This document shows, one piece after another, positions 29,033 to 39,952 of a stretch of DNA of 64,000 nucleotides. How positions within the stretch are numbered: position 1 is the first letter of the stretch; each line of letters starts with the position of its first letter. The notes beneath the pieces are model-generated. The model did no database searches. It was given only the letters and a program-made list of their open reading frames with translations, and had not been told where the DNA came from. The DNA is from a virus: the IMG/VR virus record IMGVR_UViG_3300029448_000015, positions 8,477 to 72,476 of that record; one strand, given 5' to 3'. The position numbers and the translations under genes were made by a program.

Positions 29033-30082
29033 ATGGGATTTTTTAAAAAAATTTTTAAAGGTATTGGTAAATTTTTCAAGAAAATTGGAAAAGGTATAAA
29101 GAAAACCTTTAAAGGTTTTGGAAAATTTATGGACAAGATAGGCATCGTAGGCCAAATAGGTATGATGTTTATTTTACCTCACATGGCAGGTGCTTTATTT
29201 AAAGGTATAGGTGGTGCAGCTTCTTATGTAGGTACAGGTATTACAGGTGCTGCAGGACAAGGAACAGGATTGCTTTCTCAGTTAGCTAGAGGAGCAGGGC
29301 ATGTCATTAATGGAGCAGGTAAGTTTGCAACAAACATAGGAGCTAAATTTACTAGTATTGGAAATGGAATAAGAGAGTTTGGAAAAACTGCTGCAAATGC
29401 ACTTCTTCCCGGTAAGCCTTTTGAAGCAGCTAGTAGTAATTTTTTTGGAGCTAATAGTGCGTGGGGTAAAGCAGTAGCAGATTTTCAAGCTACTCCCGAT
29501 TTATTTAGTGGTGTTTTTAAACAAGGAGCTAAAGTTGGAGTTGATACAGCTACTGAAAGTTTAATAGATGTTGCAGTAAGTCCTTCAAGAATTACTCCAC
29601 CAGAATTTTTATCTAAAGATCCACTTACATTAACTGGATCAAAAGATGCTTTAGCACAATTTTCTTTCGATTATGCAGATGCTGCTACAACAGGACTTTC
29701 TAAAACTAGTGAAGAAGTTTCTAAATCTTTATTAACCAAAGGATTTGATAAATTAAAAACTAATTTTCAAGAAGCTCCAATTAAAACAGTTAAAGATGCT
29801 GTAAGTACAGCAGGTCTAGTAAGCCAAGCTATAGGGGGATCAGATGAAGTAATCATGGATGATGATTATGATTATGGATATGGAAGTGGCTCAGTTTCTC
29901 TTACTGCGAATCCTATAGTAACAGAAGCAGAGTCTGTAGATAATTCTCTTCTTAATCAATACGCTCTTACAACAGTAAATAATTCTTATAATCCAAATTA
30001 TTATGGTGGTAATTCACCAAGTCCTTCAGATCCTTATTGGCTTCAGTGGATGAACTCAAACGGGAATCTTTCTTATGGATAA
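29033..30082 (+). CDS. Probable ejection protein with an amphipathic Lys/Phe/Gly N-terminus
   Basis: MGFFKKIFKGIGKFFKKIGKGIKK then a Gly/Ala-rich hydrophobic stretch. Confidence 0.6.
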   Translation: MGFFKKIFKGIGKFFKKIGKGIKKTFKGFGKFMDKIGIVGQIGMMFILPHMAGALFKGIGGAASYVGTGITGAAGQGTGLLSQLARGAGHVINGAGKFATNIGAKFTSIGNGIREFGKTAANALLPGKPFEAASSNFFGANSAWGKAVADFQATPDLFSGVFKQGAKVGVDTATESLIDVAVSPSRITPPEFLSKDPLTLTGSKDALAQFSFDYADAATTGLSKTSEEVSKSLLTKGFDKLKTNFQEAPIKTVKDAVSTAGLVSQAIGGSDEVIMDDDYDYGYGSGSVSLTANPIVTEAESVDNSLLNQYALTTVNNSYNPNYYGGNSPSPSDPYWLQWMNSNGNLSYG

Positions 30083-30587
30083 TATTACAAAAAAATATTT
30101 TTCAAATATGGCAAGACCTATACCCGGTCAAGGTTTACTAAATGATCCTGAAAATCCGTACCCTTGGGAAAAACCTCCAAGATTTACAGATATTACAAGG
30201 GCTTCAGAGTATATATTTGAAACATTCATAGATGAAGAATTGTATCCCGATTTAATTGAATCCTTAGATAATGATGTACCTATAATGGATATTACAAGGT
30301 TTATGTTATTTAAAGGGTTTACAGAAGGTTTATGGAATCCTGATTTACTATTAAGGTTAATAGAGCCTACAGGTTATATTCTTCTTGCGTTAGCTGAAAG
30401 GTGTTCTATAGATCCTATTTTTTATGCAGAAGAAATGGAAGATGAAGCTATTGAAGAAGCTGAAAATCCAACTTTATTTTCTGAATATAAAGAAACAAAA
30501 AAAATACCTGCAGGTAAGCTATCTAAAGATATAGAAGAAAAAATTAAAGACTTACCATCTCCATCTCTTCTAGCGAGGGAAGAATAA
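30075..30587 (+). CDS. Hypothetical virion-module protein
   Basis: RPIPGQGL...YPWEKPP...GLWNPDL; coupled ORF. Confidence 0.6.
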   Translation: MDNITKKYFSNMARPIPGQGLLNDPENPYPWEKPPRFTDITRASEYIFETFIDEELYPDLIESLDNDVPIMDITRFMLFKGFTEGLWNPDLLLRLIEPTGYILLALAERCSIDPIFYAEEMEDEAIEEAENPTLFSEYKETKKIPAGKLSKDIEEKIKDLPSPSLLAREE

Positions 30588-32953
30588 TGGCAACAGGAAT
30601 AGATAATTTAGGCCAAAGTTTACTTGTTGGTCGAGATCAAGGAAGGGCTGAAAAGGAAGAAAGAAAAGAAGCTCAAAGAAGAACTAGAGCTAGAGAAAGA
30701 GATCAAGCAGCTAGGAAAGGTGCTTTACTTACGTTAGGAGGTAACTTACTTAATAGTTACTTTTCTAATAAATATGAAGACTTTTCAAAACGAGAAGAGT
30801 TACAGATAGCAAAACGATTATCTGATCAAAATAAAAAAGAAAGAGATAAGTTTGAAAATATTGCTATAGCAGCACAATCAGCTAATTTAACAGTGCCTGA
30901 GTATTTAGTACAAAATACTAAAGAAAATTATAATACATTAAAAGATAAAGGTCTTATTAATTCAACTACACTTATGGGGCCAGACCAAGATAAATTATTT
31001 GAAACAACTGTAGATAGACACGTAAATAATTATGTTTATGGAGAAAACTATGAAGTTGGAAAAGACGATACTATAGATTCAAATAGTTTATTTGGTAAAT
31101 ATAAAGCAACTCAAGAAGCTTTAAAGGGAGTAGATCCTGAAGATTTTAATACATCTGCTGACCTTCTAAAACAAATGCAAGAATCTAATCCGAATGCTAA
31201 AAATGTACAACAAAAGTTTTTAAGACTTTTAAATTTTAAAGGTATGAATAGCACTGATAGAAAAGAAGCTGCTGAACAAATTATTGCAACTAATTTAGGA
31301 GATTTAAAATCTAGGAACGAAGCTTTAACATTATTTAATCAAGGTTTTAGTCTTCAAGATAGTGTAGGAATGGCTCAAGCAGAAAAAGATTTTATAAATT
31401 CTAATATACCTCTAAAAAAAGATGTGACCAAAACAGAAATAGTTCCTCAACATACAATATATATTGGAGGTAAACCTGTTATTGTACGTGCATTAAAAAC
31501 AGAATCTAGGTTGTTAAATGGTGCTATAGCAATAGATTTTAGTGCAGATGAAACATCTAAACGATCAGTGGCAGCTTTTAATTCTCAAGATAAAAGTCTT
31601 ACTACAACTGAAAAAAAAGAATTTGATATATTTGGTAGAGAACTAAAAGTTGAAACTACTCATAAACTTGTTGAAAAGCCAGATGGAACTTCTAGTCTTG
31701 TTGCTGTTAAACAAACTAAAAACTATCTCCCTGTAACACCGGGTAATTTAATATCTGATCAAAAGTTACAAGCACAAGCATTTCTAGATTATGACAACGC
31801 AAAGCCCTTATTGCCTGAAGATACTAGGGACATATTAACAAATAACCTTACTAAAACAGCAGAGGGTATTATAAATTATAATTCAAATATTGTAAAAGAG
31901 GAAATAGCTGCACAAAGAGGAAGTATTCACATGGGTGCAAGATTTTTAAATCTTTCAGAATATGTTCCTCAAATTGTTGAAGGTCAAGATACAGCACTTT
32001 CTGCAATAATGATGTCTCTTGATATGAATTATAAGCAAGGAATTTTAAGTGGTTCTAATCCTATGCGACAATTTTTAGCAAAAGTTAATGAAGCTTATCA
32101 AACTAAAACAAGTATTTCACAAGAAGATTTTCAAGACGTAACTATTAATCCTTTTGTAATGTTAGCTGCACTAGATCAATTACAATTAAAATTAAATAAT
32201 CCTGAGAAATCACAAATTTTAAAAACTTTTATTGAAGAAAATAAAACTAAATTTGGGTTAGAAGGTAATCCAAATGAATACTTTGCTAATTCTTCTCTTC
32301 AAGAAAGAGAGTATATGTTGAGCATAGTTAAAGCACAGAGTATGAATGAAAATTCTATTTTTAATAACGAAATAATTTCTGGAAGAACTGCTGATGGTAC
32401 TGACATATCTCTTCCTATAGGTATTCAACTTTTAGGTGCAGAAGCAAGTAATCCAGTTGTAGAAGAAGAAAAAGATTTTATTGATTCAATCACTGATTAT
32501 TTCTCTGGTTCAGATGACACACAGGGAACAGAAAAGAAAATAGAAAATAAAAAGGTAGAAACAACACAGGTAGAAAATACTTCAAATACTTCACTATTAA
32601 ATCCTACATCTAATCAAAGTGATTATAGTGCAGAAGATTATAAACGCTTTTCAAGACCTGTAACTGGGAGTGCAAAAAAAGTACCTGCAGATGAATATTT
32701 TGTAAATAGGGATGGAGATTTAGTATATGAAACTGGTAGAGGAACAAAAAGAGTTTATACAGCCAGAACTTCACCTGCATTAAGATTTTTTGAAAGAAAG
32801 AAAGAAAAAATAAATGAAAAATCTCCAGAAGAACTTTTTAAATCTTTTGAATCTTACTTAAAGGAAGGTGATTTTTCTATTCAAGAAATGGAATCTATGG
32901 GCTATCCACCTAATTATATCCAATACGCTATTGATTATGTAAAAGGAAGATAG
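30587..32953 (+). CDS. Probable internal virion protein
   Basis: 788 aa; position in the ejection-protein block. Confidence 0.55.
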   Translation: MATGIDNLGQSLLVGRDQGRAEKEERKEAQRRTRARERDQAARKGALLTLGGNLLNSYFSNKYEDFSKREELQIAKRLSDQNKKERDKFENIAIAAQSANLTVPEYLVQNTKENYNTLKDKGLINSTTLMGPDQDKLFETTVDRHVNNYVYGENYEVGKDDTIDSNSLFGKYKATQEALKGVDPEDFNTSADLLKQMQESNPNAKNVQQKFLRLLNFKGMNSTDRKEAAEQIIATNLGDLKSRNEALTLFNQGFSLQDSVGMAQAEKDFINSNIPLKKDVTKTEIVPQHTIYIGGKPVIVRALKTESRLLNGAIAIDFSADETSKRSVAAFNSQDKSLTTTEKKEFDIFGRELKVETTHKLVEKPDGTSSLVAVKQTKNYLPVTPGNLISDQKLQAQAFLDYDNAKPLLPEDTRDILTNNLTKTAEGIINYNSNIVKEEIAAQRGSIHMGARFLNLSEYVPQIVEGQDTALSAIMMSLDMNYKQGILSGSNPMRQFLAKVNEAYQTKTSISQEDFQDVTINPFVMLAALDQLQLKLNNPEKSQILKTFIEENKTKFGLEGNPNEYFANSSLQEREYMLSIVKAQSMNENSIFNNEIISGRTADGTDISLPIGIQLLGAEASNPVVEEEKDFIDSITDYFSGSDDTQGTEKKIENKKVETTQVENTSNTSLLNPTSNQSDYSAEDYKRFSRPVTGSAKKVPADEYFVNRDGDLVYETGRGTKRVYTARTSPALRFFERKKEKINEKSPEELFKSFESYLKEGDFSIQEMESMGYPPNYIQYAIDYVKGR

Positions 32954-32958
32954 CTTAA

Positions 32959-35900
32959 ATGACTCCTGAACAATTAAAATATTTAAAAGAAAATCAAAAA
33001 AGTAGTTCTTATTCTTCCTCAAGTTCTTCTTACTCATCTCCTAGTAAAATTATGAGTGTTACTGAATTTAATAAAAATAAAAAAGTTCAAAGGTTAGCTG
33101 ATAGTGTTTTTGGTTATTTAAGTTCAGAAAATAAAATTCCATTTAGAGAAAGTTCTGCTTTTAAAGAAGATATTGCAGAAGCAATGCGAGATGATTATGA
33201 CTTAACTGTACTAGCACAAAGAGCTTTAACTCTTTCAAATGCTCCAGATAAAGTTAAAAAAGACTATGCTGAATTACTAGACATCTGGAATAATAAAACT
33301 GAAGTTAAAGGATGGTTAGAAAGTTTAGATGCTGCTAAAGATATAGGAATAGATTTAATAACTGATCCTACTGTTGCTTTATCACTAGCTTCTGGAACTG
33401 TTGTTGCTAGGACAGCAGCACAAAGAGCTTTGCAAGGTAAAGCACAATCAGCTATAGGTAAATTTATACTCTCTGATTCTATTAAAAGTAATACTGCTAA
33501 AGCAGGGTTAGCAGGTGCAACTTGGGGAGGAGGTGAAAACTTCTTAGAACAGTGGAGAGATGTTTCTATAGAAGAAAAAGAAAAGATAGATAAAGGAGAA
33601 GTTTTAGAAAGTGCTTTAATAGTAGGAGCAGTAGGTGCTGCAATCCCCGGAGCAGGTAAAGCAATTTCTAAAAGTTATAAAAAGGTTAAAGAGTTAGGTC
33701 AAAAACCTAAAACTAAAAAAACTGATGAAGCTTCTAATGTAGGAGAGTCTCCAAGACCTGTTAGAAAAATAATAGAAGAAGAAGAAGTTGAACCTTTACA
33801 AGCTAGTACAGATGGAAAAGTTACCCCCGAAGTAGAAAAGTTATCTTCTAAAGTTGGAGGAGGTACAAAGACTGCTGAAGAACTTCAAGATGTTGTAGAT
33901 GAATCTTCTAGAACTAAAGATCCTAATTTATTTGAAGAAACTCAAAGACTTTTGTTAAAAACAGGAACTTCTTTACTTTTAAAACCTTCTTCATATTTAA
34001 ATACACCTACTTTAAAAGGTTCTGCAACAGTTAAAATGCTGCAGAGTCTTTTTCGTTATGACGTAGGTAAAGGTGCTAAAGGTGGAGAAAAGGTAGGCAA
34101 AGATTTTAATGAAAATTATGTAAGTATTCAGGGAAGTTTTTTAACTCCTTTTAAAAAACTTATAGATCCTCTTAAAAGCACTGGTTTTATACGTGGTAGA
34201 TTTAATTTTAGAGATAAAGTTACAGACGATACTATTATGAAAGGTCTAAGAGGTGGAGATATTTCAAAGGCAGACTCTCAAATACAAGAAGCTACAGTAG
34301 GCGTTAGAAGTATTTTAAATGTTTTAGGACAAGAGTTAAAAAAATCAGGTTTTATAGAAGAAGTTTTACCTAACTATCTTCCTAGAATGTGGAGTCGCAA
34401 AGCAATAAAAAAGAATGAAAGAGGGTTTAGAGAAATTTTAATTAAATCTAAACAAGCTAAAAATGAAGAAGAAGCAAAAGAAATAATAAATGGTATGCTT
34501 GATATTAAAAATAATTTAGATGGTAATGGAGCATCTAACAATTTTTTTTACAACAGATCGTTAGGTAAAGTTGATGATATTGATGCTGAAGAATTTATAA
34601 TTGATACACCTTTAGATGAATTAGTTACAGATTATATTATGCATGCTTCTAAGCATTTAGCTAAAACAAAAACTTTTGGAGTTAGAAATTTAGACGAGTT
34701 TCAAAAAAAATATTTACCTATGATTGAGAATGAACTTGCTGCAAAAAATAAAACTTTTATAGGAGAAGATAAAGAAAATATTCTTCATTTATATAAGATG
34801 GCTACAGGAGAAGGGATTACTGGTGAAAGATTTTTGGGTGGTCATCCTGCAGATGCGTATTCTACTTTAACAAGAATGGCTTTACTTCCTTTATCTACAA
34901 TTTCTAGTATTACAGAAATATTTCTTAACTTTCAAAAAGCAGGAATATTCAATACTGCTGCGTATAAAGGATTTGGAAAAGCTTTAGCTGTTTCTAGTAA
35001 AAGTTTAAAAGACTCTACTTTTCAAGTATTACTAAACAAAAAATATACAAAACAAGAAGCTTGGAGAGAACTAGAAGAATTTTCAATGGCTTTAGATTCT
35101 GCAGCTTTAGATGTTGGAGAAAGATTAGGTGGATATATACAAGGTAAAGGCTATCAAAAAGCCAATAATCTTTTCTTTAAAACAAATTTACTAGATCAAT
35201 GGACTAGATTTGTTCAATTAGCTTCCTTTGGTACTGGAAAAAATTTAATAAAAAGGAATTTAGAATCTATTGCACGAAGAAGAAAGTCAGGGTTAGAACC
35301 TTCAGGACGAATTGAAAAACAAATAGAGGAACTAAACGAACTTAATATTGATATAGATGCAGGAGTGTCTTGGATAAATAAAGGAGCTAACGTAGATGAC
35401 TCTTTTTATAAAGATTTAAAATTTGGAGCAGCTAGATATACAGGAGAAGTTATTTTACAACCTACAGCTACTTCAGGTATTAAACCTGCTTTACAAGCTA
35501 ATCCAAACACACAGTTATTTTTTCAATTGCTTTCTTATCCAACTGCTTTTACTAATACAGTTTTATACAATGTAGGTAAAGACCTAGCAAGAGATCCTTT
35601 AGGTAAACTTCCCGGTACACTTGCTGCAGGTTTAATAATGACTGAAACTGCTAGGTACACTAATTGGGTTAGAAGTAGAGGAGAATCAGAAAAAAATAAA
35701 ACTGAAGCTGAAATATATGAAGATGCTATAAGACGATGGGGCGGTAATGGAGTTCTTTTTGATATGCATGAAAGAGCTACTAGAGGAGCACAAGCGTGGC
35801 AAAATCCTATTATGTATCCTACAGGAATGTTTGGCCCAGTTGTAGGAGATGTAGCTACCTCATTATTAACTAGGTCAGTAGGAACTGTATTAGCTGATAA

Positions 35901-36543
35901 AGTTCCCGGCATGTCAGCTTTTAATACAGTTGAAAAATTTACAGGTTTTAATCCTAGAGAACCTATTGATGAATACTTTGCTGATCCTTTAGATGAATTT
36001 TTAAAAGCTCAAGTTCCTGAAAGAAAAAAGAAAGTTAATCAATCTAATTACAGACCTTTTAAAATAGGTGGAGAAGTAAATGTTCCTAATGCCCCTAAAG
36101 AACCTGATGAAAGAATAGATAAATTTACTGGCTTGCCTTATAACGAACAGGCAGGAATAGCTTTTAAAGATGAAGAAGATCCTCTTAAAAGACTAGGACT
36201 TGCAGGTGGAGGAACTCTAGACTCTTTAGAAAGGTTAGGATTTAAAGAAGGTTCAGAGGTTACAGGAAAAGTTACACTTGCAGGAAGACCTGTATTTAAA
36301 AATAAAAAAGGTGAAATTTATTCTGAAGTAACCACTACTCTACAACTTGAAAAAAATAAATGGGTTACTTTTCCTACTGTAGATGAGAAAGGAGAATCTT
36401 TATCAGATGCAAAGGTTATGAAGTATTTAAAAGAAAATGGGCCTATTGACCCTATTACAGGAGAAGAGTTCCCTGTATTTGAAAATGAAAAAGAAGCTTC
36501 TGAATATGCAAGAATTAGAACTAAAGTTCTTCTGGATAATTAA
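32959..36543 (+). CDS. Large internal virion protein, set B
   Basis: 1194 aa; last large structural ORF; positional counterpart of <3-2783. Confidence 0.65.
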   Translation: MTPEQLKYLKENQKSSSYSSSSSSYSSPSKIMSVTEFNKNKKVQRLADSVFGYLSSENKIPFRESSAFKEDIAEAMRDDYDLTVLAQRALTLSNAPDKVKKDYAELLDIWNNKTEVKGWLESLDAAKDIGIDLITDPTVALSLASGTVVARTAAQRALQGKAQSAIGKFILSDSIKSNTAKAGLAGATWGGGENFLEQWRDVSIEEKEKIDKGEVLESALIVGAVGAAIPGAGKAISKSYKKVKELGQKPKTKKTDEASNVGESPRPVRKIIEEEEVEPLQASTDGKVTPEVEKLSSKVGGGTKTAEELQDVVDESSRTKDPNLFEETQRLLLKTGTSLLLKPSSYLNTPTLKGSATVKMLQSLFRYDVGKGAKGGEKVGKDFNENYVSIQGSFLTPFKKLIDPLKSTGFIRGRFNFRDKVTDDTIMKGLRGGDISKADSQIQEATVGVRSILNVLGQELKKSGFIEEVLPNYLPRMWSRKAIKKNERGFREILIKSKQAKNEEEAKEIINGMLDIKNNLDGNGASNNFFYNRSLGKVDDIDAEEFIIDTPLDELVTDYIMHASKHLAKTKTFGVRNLDEFQKKYLPMIENELAAKNKTFIGEDKENILHLYKMATGEGITGERFLGGHPADAYSTLTRMALLPLSTISSITEIFLNFQKAGIFNTAAYKGFGKALAVSSKSLKDSTFQVLLNKKYTKQEAWRELEEFSMALDSAALDVGERLGGYIQGKGYQKANNLFFKTNLLDQWTRFVQLASFGTGKNLIKRNLESIARRRKSGLEPSGRIEKQIEELNELNIDIDAGVSWINKGANVDDSFYKDLKFGAARYTGEVILQPTATSGIKPALQANPNTQLFFQLLSYPTAFTNTVLYNVGKDLARDPLGKLPGTLAAGLIMTETARYTNWVRSRGESEKNKTEAEIYEDAIRRWGGNGVLFDMHERATRGAQAWQNPIMYPTGMFGPVVGDVATSLLTRSVGTVLADKVPGMSAFNTVEKFTGFNPREPIDEYFADPLDEFLKAQVPERKKKVNQSNYRPFKIGGEVNVPNAPKEPDERIDKFTGLPYNEQAGIAFKDEEDPLKRLGLAGGGTLDSLERLGFKEGSEVTGKVTLAGRPVFKNKKGEIYSEVTTTLQLEKNKWVTFPTVDEKGESLSDAKVMKYLKENGPIDPITGEEFPVFENEKEASEYARIRTKVLLDN

Positions 36544-36917
36544 TGTATAAATACTTTAAAACCTCTGAATTAATTTGTAGCCATACTGGTGAAGATGGTA
36601 TGCAAGAAGACTTTATGTTAAAGCTTGATGCATTACGAGAAGAACTTGGCTTTCCTTTTAAAATAAGTAGTGCTTATCGTTCTCCTAAACATCCTATAGA
36701 AAGTGCTAAGAAAACACCGGGAGCACATACAGAAGGTAGAGCAGTAGATATTAGAGTTTATGGTTCTAATGCTATTAAGCTTGTAGAGGCAGGTATAAAA
36801 GCAGGTATGACAGGAGTAGGTATAAGTCAAAAAGGAAGTATAGGTTTAAGATTTATACATCTAGATGATCTTGAAGAAGGAGGTACTAGACCTAGACCTT
36901 GGATATGGAGTTATTGA
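36543..36917 (+). CDS. Peptidase M15 family endolysin, set B
   Basis: ISSAYRSPKH, HTEGRAVD, FIHLD. Confidence 0.85.
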   Translation: MYKYFKTSELICSHTGEDGMQEDFMLKLDALREELGFPFKISSAYRSPKHPIESAKKTPGAHTEGRAVDIRVYGSNAIKLVEAGIKAGMTGVGISQKGSIGLRFIHLDDLEEGGTRPRPWIWSY

Positions 36918-37301
36918 ATGGTTAATATTTTAAGTACTATTCTTGGCCCTGTAGGTAATGTAGCTACTACGTTTCTTAAAAATAAAGCTGCTCAGAGTCA
37001 GGCTAAACATGATGCTAAAATGTCTGTTATTCAGAACAATGCTGATTGGGAAGCTAAGATGGCTGACGCTTCAGCAAACTCATGGAAAGACGAATTTTGG
37101 ACTCTTGTGTTAAGTGCTCCTATTTTTATGATTAGTTACTCTATTATTGTAGACGATCCATCAGTTATAGATAGAACTAAACAAGCTTTTACAGTTTTAT
37201 CTGAGCTTCCAGAATGGTATCAATATTTACTTTTTGTATGTATCTCAGCTTCATTTGGAATTAAAGGTGTTGATCGTCTTCTTTCGTTAAAGAAGAAATA
37301 A
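36918..37301 (+). CDS. Putative holin
   Basis: Follows endolysin; SWKDEFWTLVL and LPEWYQYLLF..SFGIK hydrophobic segments. Confidence 0.65.
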   Translation: MVNILSTILGPVGNVATTFLKNKAAQSQAKHDAKMSVIQNNADWEAKMADASANSWKDEFWTLVLSAPIFMISYSIIVDDPSVIDRTKQAFTVLSELPEWYQYLLFVCISASFGIKGVDRLLSLKKK

Positions 37302-37302
37302 A

Positions 37303-37758
37303 ATGATAGCAGAAGTAGCAGCCTGTATTTCGCTTGTTAAAGGTTTAAACGATGCTATATCAGTAGCTAAAGAAGCTAGTGGAAATGCTTCTGCTTTTGC
37401 AAATATTGTAGGAAAGTTTGCTAAAGCTAATGATGCAGTTTTAGAAACAGAAGCAAAGCATGTTGGAAAGATGACTGTTCAAGATTCTTTACAACTTCAA
37501 GTAGCTAAAAGACAACTTACTACTTTTAATCAACAGTTAAAAGATATGATGTTAATGCAAGGATTAGCAGGTGATTATCAAGAGATAATGAATCGTGTTG
37601 AAGAATCTAGACTTGCTCACGAAAAACGTATTAAACAACTTAAACTAGCAAAGCTTAAAAGAGATAAAGAACTTAAAGAAGTACTACAAGTTTTAGGTTA
37701 TTTTACTTTAATTGTTTCTCTTATTGGATCTATTATTTTTATTTATATGGTAGTTTAA
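37303..37758 (+). CDS. Coiled-coil protein with a C-terminal TM segment
   Basis: ORF track; hydrophobic C-terminus. Confidence 0.6.
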   Translation: MIAEVAACISLVKGLNDAISVAKEASGNASAFANIVGKFAKANDAVLETEAKHVGKMTVQDSLQLQVAKRQLTTFNQQLKDMMLMQGLAGDYQEIMNRVEESRLAHEKRIKQLKLAKLKRDKELKEVLQVLGYFTLIVSLIGSIIFIYMVV

Positions 37759-37760
37759 AT

Positions 37761-38111
37761 ATGAACCCACCTAAACAACTTGAACCCGGCTCTAGTTACG
37801 CTAAGTATGATACAGATGGTGATGGTATTGTAAGTGATGATGAACTAAAAGCTTCTGAAAAACTTATGCAATTAGAATTACAAAATGAAAAAGCTGATGC
37901 TCAAAAGAATATGTGTTGGATAACTTTATTGGGTATGATGTTATATCCTTTATTAGTTGTAATAGCAGATTTTTTAGGACTAGATAAGTCTAGTGATATT
38001 TTAGGAGCAATGAGTAGTATTTATTATGTTAGTGCAGCAGGTATCTTATCAGTATGGTTTGGATCTACCGCCTATACAAATACTAAGAATGGAAATAAAA
38101 ATGGCAACTAA
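37761..38111 (+). CDS. Membrane protein with an EF-hand-like loop
   Basis: DTDGDGIVSDDE plus two hydrophobic helices. Confidence 0.6.
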   Translation: MNPPKQLEPGSSYAKYDTDGDGIVSDDELKASEKLMQLELQNEKADAQKNMCWITLLGMMLYPLLVVIADFLGLDKSSDILGAMSSIYYVSAAGILSVWFGSTAYTNTKNGNKNGN

Positions 38112-38289
38112 AAAGAAGAAGAGTACAGTTAATAAAGCAGGTAATTATACTAAACCTACGATGCGTAAAAGATTATTTAATAAAATTAAATCAGGCACTA
38201 AAGGTGGTAAGGCAGGACAGTGGAGTGCAAGAAAGGCACAGATGCTTGCCAAGCAATATAAAGACGCAGGTGGAGGATATAAAAGTTAA
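38101..38289 (+). CDS. Small basic protein, set B
   Basis: Start moved to MATKKKK by homology with 17843-18049. Confidence 0.75.
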   Translation: MATKKKKSTVNKAGNYTKPTMRKRLFNKIKSGTKGGKAGQWSARKAQMLAKQYKDAGGGYKS

Positions 38290-38537
38290 TGGCTCTTAAA
38301 AAATCTCAGAAGTCTTTAAAGGATTGGACTAAGCAGAAGTGGCGTACTAAATCAGGTAAGCCTAGTGCTAAGACAGGTGAAAGATATCTACCTGAGAAAG
38401 CAATCAAAGCACTTAGTAATAAAGAGTATGCAGCTACTACTAAAAAGAAAAGAGAAGATACAAAGAAAGGTAAGCAACACTCTAAGCAACCTAAGAAAGT
38501 AGCAGCTAAAACTAGAAAGTATCGTAAAAAAAGATGA
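38289..38537 (+). CDS. Small basic protein, set B
   Basis: Homologue of 18049-18303. Confidence 0.75.
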   Translation: MALKKSQKSLKDWTKQKWRTKSGKPSAKTGERYLPEKAIKALSNKEYAATTKKKREDTKKGKQHSKQPKKVAAKTRKYRKKR

Positions 38538-38669
38538 CAGAAGTTACTAAACAACAAAAAGAAAGAATTAAGTTTCAAGATAAAAAAATAAAACACCAAG
38601 CTTATTTAATTGAAATACAACAAAACCAAATTAAAGAGTGGATAGAAAAACAAAAAGAGGATAGAATAC

Positions 38670-38963
38670 ATGGCTCATGAGGATAGAAAAAAAGCTATGC
38701 TTAAAAAGCATAGACTTAAAGGAGTTAATAAACCTAAAAGAACTCCTGATCATAAAACTAAATCTCATGTTGTTTTAGCTCAAGATGGTCATAAGCTAAA
38801 ATTAATACGCTTCGGTCAGCAAGGCGTTAGAGGGGCAGGTAAAAACCCTCAGACTGCTAAAGACAAAGCTAGAAAAAAATCATACTATGCTAGACATAAT
38901 GCTCAAGATGCAAAGCCATCTAAGATGAGTGCTCGTTATTGGTCGCATAGAACTAAATGGTAA
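38670..38963 (+). CDS. Small basic protein (IRFGQQG type), set B
   Basis: Homologue of 17091-17390. Confidence 0.75.
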   Translation: MAHEDRKKAMLKKHRLKGVNKPKRTPDHKTKSHVVLAQDGHKLKLIRFGQQGVRGAGKNPQTAKDKARKKSYYARHNAQDAKPSKMSARYWSHRTKW

Positions 38964-39172
38964 TTTAATTATAGGAGATAAGTAAAAGTAAGTGGAAAGA
39001 ACTAATAACCCCCTACCCGAAACAGAAAATAAATTTTATATACCTTCAGAACAACAAAGACTTTTAAAATCTAATTCTTTAGAAATTAAAAAATCTAATA
39101 GAACAAATAAGATTAATCGTAGACCTACCCATTTAAATTGGAAAGTTAATCTTTGGACGGCTTATTTGTAAC

Positions 39173-39385
39173 TTACTTAACTCTTTTAAGATGAAGTTTA
39201 GTAGTAGCAGATATTTGCTTAGATGTTTCAAGAATAAATTCAGAGTGTGCGTTTATTCTTTCTACCATCAAAGGGAATAAATCTTCATAGCAATCCATAT
39301 TAGTTAAATGTTTTATTACTTCAGCATTCACTCTAAGTGAAGAAACTACTGGATGTTCAAAACTTAATATTTCATCATCTATCAT
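39173..39385 (-). CDS. Hypothetical protein
   Basis: ORF track; ATGA-coupled. Confidence 0.55.
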   Translation of the reverse strand: MIDDEILSFEHPVVSSLRVNAEVIKHLTNMDCYEDLFPLMVERINAHSEFILETSKQISATTKLHLKRVK

Positions 39386-39591
39386 AATAAAGCATTTAAC
39401 TCATTTTCTAGTTTTTTATGTAATGCATTAAAAGCTATTGTGCTTTCTCGCACTATTGTTTTAACACGCTGTTGAGAATACACATCTTTAAAAACTGTAT
39501 CTACTTTATCTATAGGCAGCATAGATATTTCTGTTACTAGTTTATTTTTACTAGTAATAACAATTTTACAACTTGCTAAGTTAGCTTCCAT
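39382..39591 (-). CDS. Hypothetical protein
   Basis: ORF track; overlaps the DUF3310 stop region. Confidence 0.55.
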   Translation of the reverse strand: MEANLASCKIVITSKNKLVTEISMLPIDKVDTVFKDVYSQQRVKTIVRESTIAFNALHKKLENELNALL

Positions 39592-39934
39592 TTTCTTCTG
39601 AAGGAGAATATTTTTCTCTTAATTTTATTAACAATTTTCTTTCATAAAATTCAGCTTTATATATATCTTTCATACCATGCTTGTAAGGAAACCTCCATCT
39701 ATACTTTAAAGAGTTTCCACGTAGATAACCTATGTATTCTTCTGGAGTTAACATAGCTTCAATGCCTTCAATACATTCCACATTACCTTGATTATAATGT
39801 AAAGGTTTTTGTATCTCAGCATCAGTACGTTTAACTTCTTGAGTTTCAGGAAAGAGATCAGGCTGCATTTGTTTAGCTCTATCTAAGATAGTTATCTCAT
39901 TCCACTCTTCAGGTGTTGCATCATTTATTGACAT
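39581..39934 (-). CDS. DUF3310 protein, set B
   Basis: KPLHYNQGNVECIEGI...GNSLKYRWR..YK...DIYKAEFY. Confidence 0.8.
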   Translation of the reverse strand: MSINDATPEEWNEITILDRAKQMQPDLFPETQEVKRTDAEIQKPLHYNQGNVECIEGIEAMLTPEEYIGYLRGNSLKYRWRFPYKHGMKDIYKAEFYERKLLIKLREKYSPSEENGS

Positions 39935-39952
39935 AAGGTTTCCTTTTTATTT

